The notes beneath the pieces were generated by a model. The model was given only the letters and a program-made list of their open reading frames with translations. It ran no database searches and was not told the origin of the DNA. Both the position numbers and the translations under genes were made by a program. A stretch of 64,000 bases of DNA from assembly GCA_951406725.2 (NCBI GenBank), contig OX597820.1, positions 43,648,001 through 43,712,000 of the forward strand. The letters are read 5' to 3'. Position 1 is the stretch's first letter, and every line of letters starts with the position of its first letter. This document shows positions 41,773 to 53,150 of the stretch, piece after piece. This DNA is from Octopus vulgaris. Taxonomy: Eukaryota.

Positions 41773-41845
41773 ACTACGTACGTTTCATGGCTACAATTAA
41801 ATTCGAATTACAATTAAGTTTAAATTCAATTGAAATAAAAATTAT
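41773..41845 (-). ncRNA. Type I hammerhead ribozyme-like motif (Penelope type) with long stem II
   Basis: Minus strand aac-CTGAAGA-ttgactataatt...aattgtagccat-GAAA-CGTACG-TA-gtt: intact core, palindromic stem III, 3-bp stem I. Activity untested. Confidence 0.6.
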
Positions 41846-41932
41846 AGTCAATCTTCAGGTTAATGATAGTAATTAAATAAGCAGAGTTAAACAATATTTA
41901 TATAAGAATATTATATATATATATATATATAA

Positions 41933-42232
41933 GTGGAGGCACATGACCTAGTGGTTAGAGCGGCGGACTCGCGGTCGAGGGATCGCGGGTTCGAATTTCA
42001 GACCGGGCGATATGTGTGCTTATGAGCGAAGCACCTAAACTCCACGCAGCTCCGGCAAAATATAATTTCGAAATTTCGCCACAACTTTCTCTCACTCTTT
42101 CATCCTCCATCTTGCAGCTCACTTGCGACGGACCGGTGTCCCGTTCAGGTGGGGAACCTATACGCCAAGAAACCGGGAAACCGGCCCTTATGAGCCAGGC
42201 ATGGTTCGAGAAGGAACAAACAAAGACAAAAA
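41933..42232 (+). mobile_element. tRNA-derived SINE with a family C head and a different 3' half
   Basis: gtggaggcacatgacctagtggttagagcggcggactcgcgg...GGTTCGAAT; matches 1666-1850 up to cacaactttctctcactctt, then diverges; A-rich tail. Confidence 0.85.
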
Positions 42233-42539
42233 TATAAATATGTAAGACAAAACTTACGTTTAGTGTTTTCCGCCCTCTTTTAAAAACTAAATCATATCGA
42301 ATTGTTAATATACGTCAATATTACGACGAAATTCATCGAACATTTGAACTTGAACTGTGAAAATTTTGGAATATCGGAATTTGGATGAACAATGCTTTTC
42401 CGAATCTCTCTAAAAAAGACTTTTTTATTTACCATTGAAAAACATTGGACTATCGAAACCGTTTTGGTAATTTAATAATAACACGGTTTAAGATTCGGAT
42501 GCATTTTCGACCTCTCACCACCAGGTGATCGTGCATGTG

Positions 42540-42730
42540 CATTTGTTCTCACTATAACTACAACTGTTATGTTGCGGCACGCTGGCTTTCCATGATACCA
42601 TGTTAAGTGTGCCGCAGTGTAACCTGAATATAATTTTTCCCTTTTAGTTATATTTTTAGTTCAGGTGTGCCGCCCAATTTTGAAAAAATATAAGTGTACC
42701 ACAAGTGTAAAAGGGTTGCAGAGCACTGCT
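42540..42730. mobile_element. Possible hAT-type MITE relic
   Basis: Repeated gtgtgccgc subterminal motifs and terminus aagggttgcagagcactg|ctcta; the other end is eroded. Confidence 0.4.
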
Positions 42731-42731
42731 C

Positions 42732-42789
<58 letters not shown>

Positions 42790-42939
42790 ACCATACATAA
42801 TAAACACAGGACTGAAATCTCTAGTGTATTCTTCTACATGTTTAACTCCTTAGGGTGCATTACAACGGAAATGTGGTTGCTATTTCGAGCAGGCCATTGA
42901 ACTGCGTAGACGATCGTAAGTTGGTATTCGCGGAGTAGA

Positions 42940-43845
42940 GGCAGCGGCGGTGGCGGCGGTGGTGGTGACGGCGGCGGCGTTGCGCGTAGTGCCATTGCTG
43001 TTATTGCTTGTTATCATATTGCAACTGGTATAGGTGACATCATCAGCATGGTGTTGTTGTTACTGCTGCCGCAGCTATGACTGGGGTTGGTTCAGCTGAT
43101 GATGATGATGGTGATATTCATGATGATGGTGGGGGGGCAGTGGTGGTGGTGGTGGTAGTGGTTGTTGTGGTGGTGGTGGTGATACTGATGGTAGTGATGG
43201 TAGATGGTGCGATGAAAATAAAACAAGATAACGATGGTGATGGAGAAGGTTGTGGTGGTAGTGGCGGTGGTGCTGTTGCTGCTGCTACATTCAGTGATAG
43301 CGGTGATGGGGGTGGTGGTGGCGGTAGTAGTAGTGGTGGTAATGATGACGATAATGATGTTGGTGGCGATGATGACGGTGATAGTTACATCTGTCAAAAT
43401 GCTACGTGTGTTACCGTATATTTGGTCTTTCCACGACCTTTCTCCTGGGCCAACAAATCAAATAGAGAAACAGCAGCAGCAGAAGAAGAAGGAACAATAA
43501 CACTATTAGCAACATCAGCAACAACAGTAACAACAATAGGAACAACAAAAGCGATAGCATCAGTTTCGACAACAATAGTAACAATAACATCATGAATATT
43601 AGCAACAACGGCAGCTTCAAATTTACTGCCATCACAATCGCCATCATCACCATCAACATCATACCCAACAGCATCATCATCATTATCATTTCCACTGCCC
43701 TCAACATCCTCATTATCATCACTACTGTCATAAACGTCGTAGTCATCATCGTCATCAGTATCATCCTCCACCTCCTCATCATCATCACCATCATTGTTAA
43801 CATCACCACCAACATCTTTGTTAAGATCCTCATCATCCATTTACC
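42940..43845. repeat. Degenerate (GGT)n/(GAT)n and (CAA)n/(CAT)n low-complexity tracts
   Basis: Direct reading; source of the poly-V/G/D/I ORFs. Confidence 0.95.
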
Positions 43846-44349
43846 ATCTGAAGGCTAAAGTTAGCATGATCCGGTAACACTTCAATTCTATCTACTCCTG
43901 CAAATTGTCACTTCTTTTGAAACAAAATACAAAAAAAAAAGGATGAATACTTAGTTCCATAGTTCTCAAAGTTATACCGTGAAATACTTCTTGGCACTTG
44001 TATGAGATAAAGACACAAGACATTCACCGACCACTAATTGGTCAACCGGGAGCTCAAACAACAACATCCTATAATAGCTTTAAATTGCAGAAAAACCTCT
44101 GGGTCAAAAATCTTACAAGATTAATTGGTTTGAGTTCCACCAAAACTTTATCATGAAACTGAACATATTAAATGCCTCAGAATCTTCTTATTCTCTTCTT
44201 TCTTGCTCTTTCTCTCTCTCTCTCTCTCTGTCCGTTTTCCTTTGTCCTATTTTTTCTATTTTCCCTCTCGTTTATCAGTATTCTACTACAACAACAGGTA
44301 CTGTTACCACTCTCTCAACTACTACAACCACCACTATAATTATTATTAA

Positions 44350-44419
<70 letters not shown>

Positions 44420-44886
44420 TAGTAATTTTATTTTTATAGCGTGCTTTCACTTCACTACTGAGCGCAGCTCTGTGTGCCTTGGGTATGTGCTGTGATTTGT
44501 TGTGATGCTCTGATGGTTATTGTATGAAAAGTGTTCTGCGTAGGATGTGTGCATTGCCTAGTAGTGCAATTTTCTGTATGTTATATGTGTTTGTAATTCC
44601 TGGTGTTTTTGTTATGTATTTGTGTGAATATTTTTTTATCATGCCTAATGCACCTACTATGATAGGAATTGTTTCTGTTTTTAGATTCCACATTCTGGTT
44701 ACCTCTATTTCCAGGTGTTTGTATTTTGAAAGTTTCTCCATTTCTTTTAGAGACACGTTGTCATCTGCCGGTATTGATACATCAATTAGAAAGCACTTTT
44801 TTCTTCATGATCTCTGACAACTATATCTGTTCTGTTGGCCTTAATTTCTCTATGTGTGTGTATCGGCATATCCCAGAGTATGGTTG
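44420..44886 (-). mobile_element. R4/Dong-like retrotransposon 3' end (young family) followed by (TAA)n
   Basis: WDMPIHT..RPTDIVV..SLKEMEKLSKYKHLEIEVTRMWNLKTETIPIIVGALG...AHILRRTL; nearly identical to 60910-61380; (TAA)n at 44337-44419. Confidence 0.93.
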
Positions 44887-45044
44887 TTTTGCTCTTAATC
44901 CTTTCGGGGCCTATAAATTAAGTACCAGTTAGGCACTGGGGTCCATATAATCGACTAACCTCCTAACTCAAAATTCCAGGCTGTGCACCTATACTAGAAA
45001 GTTTTATTATTATTACTACTACTAGAATTAGTTTTACCATAGTT

Positions 45045-45380
45045 GTTGTAGTTGCAGTTGTGGTGGTGATGGTGGTGGGAGTGATAGTGGTGGTGGTGAT
45101 GATGTTGGTGGTGCTGTTATTGGTGGTGGTGGTGGTGGTGAAGGTGATGGTGGATATTGGTGGAGGTGATGGTGGTGGTGGTGGTGGAAGTGGTGGTGGT
45201 GGTCGTCGTCATTGTCGTCGTTGTAGTGGTGGTTGTAGTTGTTATTGGTGTAGTAGTAGTAGTATTAGTAGTAGCAGTAGTTGGTGGTGGTAGTGGTGGT
45301 AGTGGTGGTGTTTCAAAGGTGGTATTAGTTTTAGTCCTACTAATACTAATATTAGTACTAACACTAATCCTACTCCCACA
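45045..45380. repeat. (GGT)n/(GTA)n low-complexity tract
   Basis: Direct reading. Confidence 0.95.
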
Positions 45381-47594
45381 CCTATTGGAACTTGCTATAG
45401 AAGCCATCATTTTGATCTCCTGTATTATTTCAAAAAATTCAACGAATGACATGCTGATCTGAACGAAATACGCCCTTTGGTGGGTTCTTTTGCTGGTAAT
45501 AGAAGAAAATGAAAAGACATTTAATTTGCTGGAAGAACTTTTCTTTCGCAGTAAATCTTTTCAAATTTAGTGACTAAGGCAGTACAAGACCCATAAACTT
45601 TCAGAACTGAAAGAAAAGAAACGTAAGTATAATACAGTATTTTACTTTTAAAACTACACAAGAAATGCAATTTTCTAAAGAAAGTACATCTTGAACTAAG
45701 ATATATATATATATATAGTGTTGAGCTAATATTTAACGGGGAAAAAACAACAAAATTCTGTTTCATTTTTTTGTTGCTAGAAACAGGAAAATTTTATAAG
45801 TGAGTTAATGGCGGAGAAAGGACACATTGGTACGAATGTATCACCGAAACAAATGCTTCATTACTAGGGACTCTTATACATGATCGACAAACCAGGAGAG
45901 TAAGTTTATTCTGTTTTGTAAACGAAATAGTGATTGCTTCACTTGTTTACCAAATATTTGCTCGGGAGGTATTAGTATGACTTCAAAATTCGAATGCCAC
46001 TCCACTAACAAAGAGACTTCTACAAACACAATTCAGTGATGCATCCTGCAATGAGTCTAGAAAAGAAAGCAATGAGATTGGCAATGAAGGAGGAAAAGTG
46101 CAGCTGTTAAAAATGTGGTAGTACGTGCGATGTAAGACAATCAGACATGCAAATAGCATGTGACAGATATTAAGAGCGTCGGAAGACAGTAAAACCAGCG
46201 TGGAGATGAGCAGATCTTCGAGGAAGATCTAACACGACGCATCGTGTGACTAGTGAGACTAGGGAGCAAAGTCTGAAATCAAGAGGCCAATTCTTTTACC
46301 ACAATCAGTGCTATTGCCCACGTTGTCTTGCGAGGATGAAGAAAACACGGAGAGCAAGCAAGAGCATTAGACTGATGGAGTTAGTACAAAAGACAGATAA
46401 AAAGAGCCAGGGAGAGCTTTCTAAAGAATAACCCGAGCAAAAACAGAAATAACAAGCGCTAAAATGTTATTTATTCTCAACTGTGCGAAGAAAGAATGCT
46501 GTAGTCATGGAAGTAAAAGAAAACAACCTCAAACAAAACAATAATGATCCACTGCTTCTCGAAGGGGAGAAAATAAAGCATGCAAATTAAAGTCACATTC
46601 GAAAAGTCACATTCGAAAAGTCCGAACTTTATGAGAGCTACAGAAAATATGACAATCTGAATGAATCTAGCAGCGTTGTAAGAAGGCGGGATCTTTAATT
46701 CCACTCCCAACCCAAAGATGCACAATGGTATTTTGGGGTACACCAAGTTTTAATACCCCAAGCAGCAAAAAGTTTGCCAAGAAAGAGAGACATAGACAGA
46801 CAGAGAATATAAAATGTGGGGTAGCAGCTCATCAATACCACGTCGATTTGAAGAGCGCAGTTCATTGCACAATAAAATTACTAATACAATACTAAAAGGA
46901 ACTGAAGTATGTTGAAGAGAGTTGCAAAGTTTTGACTCGGGGAAAATGGGTTCCGATTATGAAATGATACAGATAAGAAATTGCTCTAATTTCTTTAGTA
47001 ATAAAATATTCAAGAAAATATAGAGCTGTTGAGCGAAATATAGGACGGTGTGAGTTGCAAGGTACTGCTTCAAACCGAGATAGGTTTGAATTTTTTGGAA
47101 TATACGAATGACAGTTTACGCGAAATATCTGGCCGGAACTTTATGTGGAACTAATAGATAAGAACTAAGAAATAAGGAGAAATTTCTTTCCCTGTTCATC
47201 ATTAACGATTCTCAAGAGCATTTTCATGTATACTCGTCCAGGAAGTGTCAGGAGATAAATACAGTGAGATGGTCGGACACAATCCCCTTCTATATTAGCA
47301 TATGTAGACGTGGGTTAATGTAACCGTTCTTCATGAAATATGTATATAGAAAAAAATTAAAGTAGAAAATGCTGAAATATTTTATGAAAAGCATTTCAGT
47401 ACCGGTTTCGGTCATTGAGACTTTTTCAATTGTAAGTATGGAAAACAATTAAATTTGGGAAAAATTAAATGTAATGTATTTTAAAAGAATATTTGCATAG
47501 TGTTCAAATACAAGGGGCATTTTCCTTGTTTATGCCTGTCTCTGTCTAACTTGTTTACTCTTGTGGGTTCGAGGACGCTGTGAATTCTTGACAG

Positions 47595-47727
47595 AGGAGG
47601 AGGAGAAGAAGAAGAAAAAGAAGAAGAAGAAGAAGAAGAAGAAGAAGAAGAAGAAGAAGGAGAAGGAGAAGAAGGAGAAGAAGAAGAAGAAGAAGAAGAA
47701 GAGGAAGAAAAAGAGGAAGAAGAAGAA
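47595..47727. repeat. (GAA)n/(GGA)n polypurine microsatellite
   Basis: Direct reading; ~130 nt pure purine strand. Confidence 0.98.
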
Positions 47728-47893
47728 TGCGAGAGTGCTATGATAGTAGTAGGATGTTAAATATTAAAATGGGTTGCAGTTGATCAATACCACGTGTATA
47801 TATATATATATATATAGATATAGATATATATATATAGATATACCTATTTCCACTAAATACTGGTGTGTTGTTGTAACACTATTCTATATTCCT

Positions 47894-47951
<58 letters not shown>

Positions 47952-48149
47952 TATACGTCTGAGTGTGTCTCGCTTTCATGGGAGTATATATATATATATA
48001 TATATATATTATTATGATATATTATTATGCAGTTATTAAATAAAAATGACTTTCATAGTTGCTCTTTCTCCGTAACTTATCAAGCCTTATCATTCATGTG
48101 CGCTAACAACAGTATCAGAGCGGTTTAGTTCTTATTTATACCAAAGTTT

Positions 48150-48337
48150 AGGCGGCGAGCTGGCAGGAACGTTAGCACGCTGATTAGCGGCATTCTTTGC
48201 GTCTTAATGTTCTGAGTTCAAAATCCGCCGCAGCCGTCGTTGCCTTTCATCTTTTCAGGATCGATAAAATAAGTACCAGTTGAAAACTCGACTTACCCTT
48301 TCCCACAAAGTTACTAACCTTGGTCTAAAATTTGAAA

Positions 48338-48340
<3 letters not shown>
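48150..48340 (+). mobile_element. SINE family B monomer
   Basis: aggcggcgagctggcaggaacgttagcacg...gagttcaaaatccgccg...gcctttcatcttttcaggatcgataaaataagtacc. Confidence 0.85.
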
Positions 48341-48374
<34 letters not shown>

Positions 48375-48397
48375 TAACATTTTGATATATATCCTTG

Positions 48398-49585
48398 CGA
48401 GGTCTACGTACTAATTTGGCATTCAATCCACTTCAAAATAGTCCCCTTCGGAAGCCGCACACTTAATCCAGCGCTATTTCCATTGATAGAATCATCCCTG
48501 GAACTCGTTCTCTATGATAATCAGCAGTTACATGGTCACATTCACTTTGATTTCCTCGACATACTGAAATCTTCCTATCAAGCGGTATTTGAAAGAGGAA
48601 AAACAGGAAACAGTCGGAATGGGTGAGATCTGGGGAATACGATGGCTGTCGGACCCGAGGAATGCTGTGCCAAGCGAAGACCGCTGCACAAGCTGCATTG
48701 AATAGGCAGGTGCGTTATCATAATGCAAATGCAACGCAGCGTACGTATGCAATTGTAGCCTTTTCCGACCAACCACATTCCGCAAACACATCAACGCGTC
48801 ATGGTAGTACTTCTTGTTTACTGTCTGAGCAGTTGAAGCATGTTCATGATGCGCAATCCCCTTGTAGTCATGCTTTCTTCGACCTCGGAGATTTGGGGGG
48901 TCTTCCACTGTGAATATTGGGCCTTTGTTTTGGAGCCATAGCCACGATTCGTCACCAGTTATGACCGTTATGAAAAGGTTTTCATCGTTCTCGATACAAT
49001 CAAGGAGATATTGTGTAACTGATATCCGAGTGTTTTTTTTGATCAACTGAAAGCAGTTTTGGCACAAACTTAGCAGACACGCGTCTCATACCCAAATCTT
49101 CACTGATAATGGACTGAACTGAACCTTAGCTAATCCGCACATCCTCTCATAACTCCCGGATGGTGATTCGACGATTTCCCATCAGAGCTGCACGCACATC
49201 TGCGATGTTTTTTTCTCAGTTCTGCTGATTGCGGGTCTCCCAGAACGTTTGTCACTACCGAAATTTTTTCCACCAACTTGGAAACGCCTCGATCACTCGT
49301 ACACTTGTGTGGGGTTCATACACTCCTCTCGATATACTTTCTGCAATAATGCATAGGCCTCTGAGCAGGTGTCACCAAGATTTTGGCAAATCTGATGCAG
49401 ATTATCTGCTCCAGTTTCTCTGTCATGGTCAACACGCTACACACAATTTTTTCTAGCACTGCCGTAAAGACCCATAGTGAGCTACACAGCAGAGTTTAAG
49501 GTCAATCTGTGTCAAGCGACTTTACTCTGCGTGCTTTAGGTGCGTTACTATGCCAACTGTCCTGATACTTATGTATCAGGTCACG
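48398..49585 (-). mobile_element. Tc1/mariner (mariner-type) transposon, near full length, inactivated
   Basis: DENLFITVITGDESW, HYDNAPAY and a YSPDL-like motif in a shifted frame; terminus cgtgacctgatacataagtatcagg next to TA; 5' half homologous to 57760-58304. Confidence 0.9.
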
Positions 49586-49614
49586 TACAAACACACACAC
49601 ACACACACATATGT

Positions 49615-49677
<63 letters not shown>

Positions 49678-49690
49678 CAGAGAGAGAGAG

Positions 49691-49812
49691 AGAGCAATAA
49701 GAAAATGGAGGGGATCAATAGGTGGTATTCATAAACTTTTAGACATTATATTATCTCTGTCTAAAAGTTGATGAATACCACCTACTGATCGCCTCCATTT
49801 TCTTATTGCTCT
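49691..49812. repeat. Inverted repeat: 55-bp arms, 12-nt loop, 3 mismatches
   Basis: agagcaataagaaaatggaggggatcaataggtggtattcataaacttttagaca pairs with tgtctaaaagttgatgaataccacctactgatcgcctccattttcttattgctct. Confidence 0.95.
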
Positions 49813-50039
49813 ATAAAATAAAATAACTTTTACTCCAACCATTTATTACACTCGGTAATGTAATTGCAATGCAATGAAAAGAACACTTGTGTATTAATAA
49901 TTGGGTATTCTACCAGCAGTATATTGGATAGATATTATCCTTTAATTGGTTGGATTCACAACCTCTAACTTTCTTGGAATATATATATATATATATATAT
50001 AATGTCAATCCAAATATATATATATATATATATATATAT

Positions 50040-50300
50040 CTTTTTTACTTAATCCAGTCATTAGACTACAGCCATGCTGGGACACCGCCTTGAAAGATTT
50101 TAGTCGAATGAATCGTCCCCAGCTCATTTTTTTAAAGTCTGGTACCTATGCCATCGGTCAATTTTTGCCGAACCGTTAACTTACGTGATGTAAAAACACC
50201 AACACCGGTTCTCTAATGATGGGGTCGCGGACAAACACACACAAACAGATATAAATATATGAACCCGGAACTATGTTGTTCTTACCACACGGCCACACAG
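50040..50300 (-). mobile_element. SINE family A, diverged
   Basis: cagtcattagactacagccatgctgggacaccgcctt...gccgaaccg...gaacccggaactatg. Confidence 0.8.
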
Positions 50301-51084
50301 ATAGATTATTAATGCCCCGGGTCATTCGTTTAGCCACGTCCATGCTCACTTAAGAAAACGTCCGTATACTTGTTTCTACTTTATGTATGAATGCACATCT
50401 GGACCTGGAACTAACTTATCAGGTGAAAGACGACATTTTTAATGAAGAAACTGTAAATAGAGAATTAAAAATGTAATTGCTTTTATTGTTATTACGCTCT
50501 AAGGAAAAGATACTTTACTATACGTAGTTAAGTCAATTTCTTTTATAACACCTGAAAACACATTAAATGGCTACTTCATTTATACACGCCATTAAGTGAA
50601 AAATTCGAACGAAAACAAATACGCTTAACTGTAAGGAGAGGAGAAAAGAAGAAGACGGTGTCTTTCTCCTTGCAGAATACTTTCTTTCACAGCAAGAAAC
50701 AAATAATTACTCTCTGTAAATAACATCATTTTGAACAACATAAATGTCACAAATAATTGTTTTGATTTAAGCACAATTTTTAAGGGAAGAATTTATTGAT
50801 AACCTCGACAGTAATTTTAGCCTGGTACTTCATTTTAGTGACACCTGAGATGTGAAAAGCTAAATAGTCCTCGAAAGAATTCGAACGCAGAATGTGTAGA
50901 TCGGGAAGAAACACCACTAAGTGTTACTTCCGACGCTATTGATTCAACAAGCAAACTATATCAAATGGCACAAATAACGCTGTATAACACGATTATTGTC
51001 CTTCGATAGCTACTGTTACTTCCTACTTGCTTATCCTTAGAAGGTGTCAAATACGTATACTATTTTCTTCAAACTTTGCTTTTG

Positions 51085-51240
51085 CTACATTTATTCAAAC
51101 CCCAAAGAATCCCTCTCAACATATGGCTACTATACTCACCAACTATTCCTGTTCATGAGCAGAGATGTATATATTGTCAGCCACTAAGGGGCATGCTCAA
51201 GTGGTTATGGACAAGCAACTAACAAGCAGAATATTTGCTA
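51085..51240. repeat. Dispersed repeat family D, copy 2
   Basis: ttattcaaaccccaaagaat...cactaaggggcatgctcaagtggtta...agcagaatatttg aligns by eye to 32-200. Confidence 0.7.
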
Positions 51241-52611
51241 TAACGATATTTCTGTTTCAGTAACTCAGCGTTGAGTCTGAAATGTAATGGAAAAGAGGTC
51301 AGTTTCAAAGTCCAAGTCAGACATGCAGAGTTTGAAGCGAATAGTAGTCATTTCCTTTGATTCTAGATGGAAGCAAATGGAAAATAGCACTTATTGACCA
51401 AACAAAAAGAAATAAATGAATATTTTTTTTTTACACAGTGTAATGATAAGAAAATATGTGGTGCAATAACAAACACAAACACTTTTCGTCAAACAAACGG
51501 ATAATTATGGACTTTGAACAATAAATCAGAATAAGCTTTCAAGCCTTTTATCTTTTCCTGAAGAAAACGCACAAGCTGAGAGAATAACCAAGCCACCAAC
51601 AAAATGTGTAGGTCTTGGAGACTACTGTTTCAATATTATGTCACTGCCTACATCGCTTCATTCTCAGGCTCAAGATTCGAACAGGAAGCCGATGGACTCA
51701 TGCCCCGATTTTAATAAGAATCAGCCCAGCAACCTTTCAAAAATGAGAACCCGCTGAAAGAAAAGGCGAACACATTATTTTTTCCTGGGACTAAAAGAAA
51801 CTTACAGTACATCGCAAAGGAAAAAAGACGAAGTACTGAGAGAGCTACGGAACCAAGTATTAAAAAACAGGAAGGTGCAGTAAGGTACTTCTTGAGGCGG
51901 AAGAACGTTCCAGTTTTGTAGAGCACTCGAATAATTGAATGCTAATGATAGCAATGCAAAAGCTTCAGTACTTTTCTCATCGGCGTAGGTTTACTGAACG
52001 CAGCTAGTGAATTTGATCTAACTTAAAGGATTGCTCTCGTCTAAACTCGCAGCTGTTTTCTCACCGGTGAGTGGTTGTTTCCAAAATTGAGCTCCATACT
52101 TTCATAGTCAAATAATGAAAAGGAAAATACTTAATAGAATTTTTTTATTAGATATTTAATTAAAAATTAATACACAACGTTTAATAATTTTATGATAACA
52201 TAATTTTAAAATAAAAATGTTAATTAAAAAAATTTTTTAAAACACCAAACCAAAAACAACTATTTTAAGTACCGTCACATATTTGTTATATTTTAATTGA
52301 TATCCACATTTAATATGTTGGCAGTCTTTCATGTGTATATAACTTTCTTATTTCCCTTATATCACATTCGTAACATCTCTGCCTAGGATTACCTTATTAT
52401 ATGTGGTGGCCGTGGATTTACAGAATCATAAAACAAACCGACAAACATGTCTTGCAGTATTTCATTACAGCTCTGTACGATCTGAGTTCAACTTTATTTC
52501 ATCCATTCCGGGTCAATAAAATAATAAAACACCAATCAATTACTCAGCTCAGTGGACTTGACTAAAAGTGCTGGCCTTGAGCAAAAATTAAAAAGATTAT
52601 TTGTTCTTGTT

Positions 52612-52643
52612 GTACATGCTTCGGCAGTATATATACTAAAATT
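52612..52643 (+). pseudogene. U6: U6 snRNA 5' fragment (3'-truncated pseudogene)
   Basis: gtacatgcttcggcagtatatatactaaaatt matches the metazoan U6 5' end (..GCTTCGGCAG.ACATATACTAAAATT); similarity stops before GGAACGATACAG. Confidence 0.8.
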
Positions 52644-52759
52644 ACACTCATTTCCCTTTAGTTTTATTTTCTCAACTATAAGAAACTGAAGTCTTATATA
52701 TTTGTGTCCCCTACGTTGTTGTAGGGATGTCATGTCTATAAATGCTGAATTCCATCATT

Positions 52760-53150
52760 GTGACTTGGCGGAATCGTTAGCACGCCGGGCGAAATACTTT
52801 GCGACATTTTGGCCGTCTCTACTTTCTAAGTTCAAATTCCGCCGCGGCCGATTTTGTCTTTCACCCTTTCGGGTTGATAAAATAAGTACCAGACGAGTAC
52901 TAGGGTCAATGTAAACGACTTCACCTGCCACTAATATGGTTGTGTTCGTGCTAAAAATTGAAAACATTATTACGTCGTCCGGCAGGACAAAATGCTTAGT
53001 GGCATTCCTTCCAGCTGTACGTTCTGAGTTCAAATTCTGCCGGGGTGAACTATGCCTTTCATCCTTTCAGGGTCGATAAAATAAGTACAAGTCGAGGACT
53101 AGTCTCCTCTCCCAAAAGTTCAGGCCTTGTGCCTATAGTACAAAGGATTA
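52760..53150 (+). mobile_element. SINE family B, two tandem units
   Basis: Head ttggcggaatcgttagcacgccgggcgaaat; cores at ~52830-52890 and ~53025-53090. Confidence 0.82.

Noticed and set aside
47595-47727. Poly-Lys ORF
   Set aside because: A (GAA)n microsatellite; at most triplex-forming DNA, which is common in such genomes.
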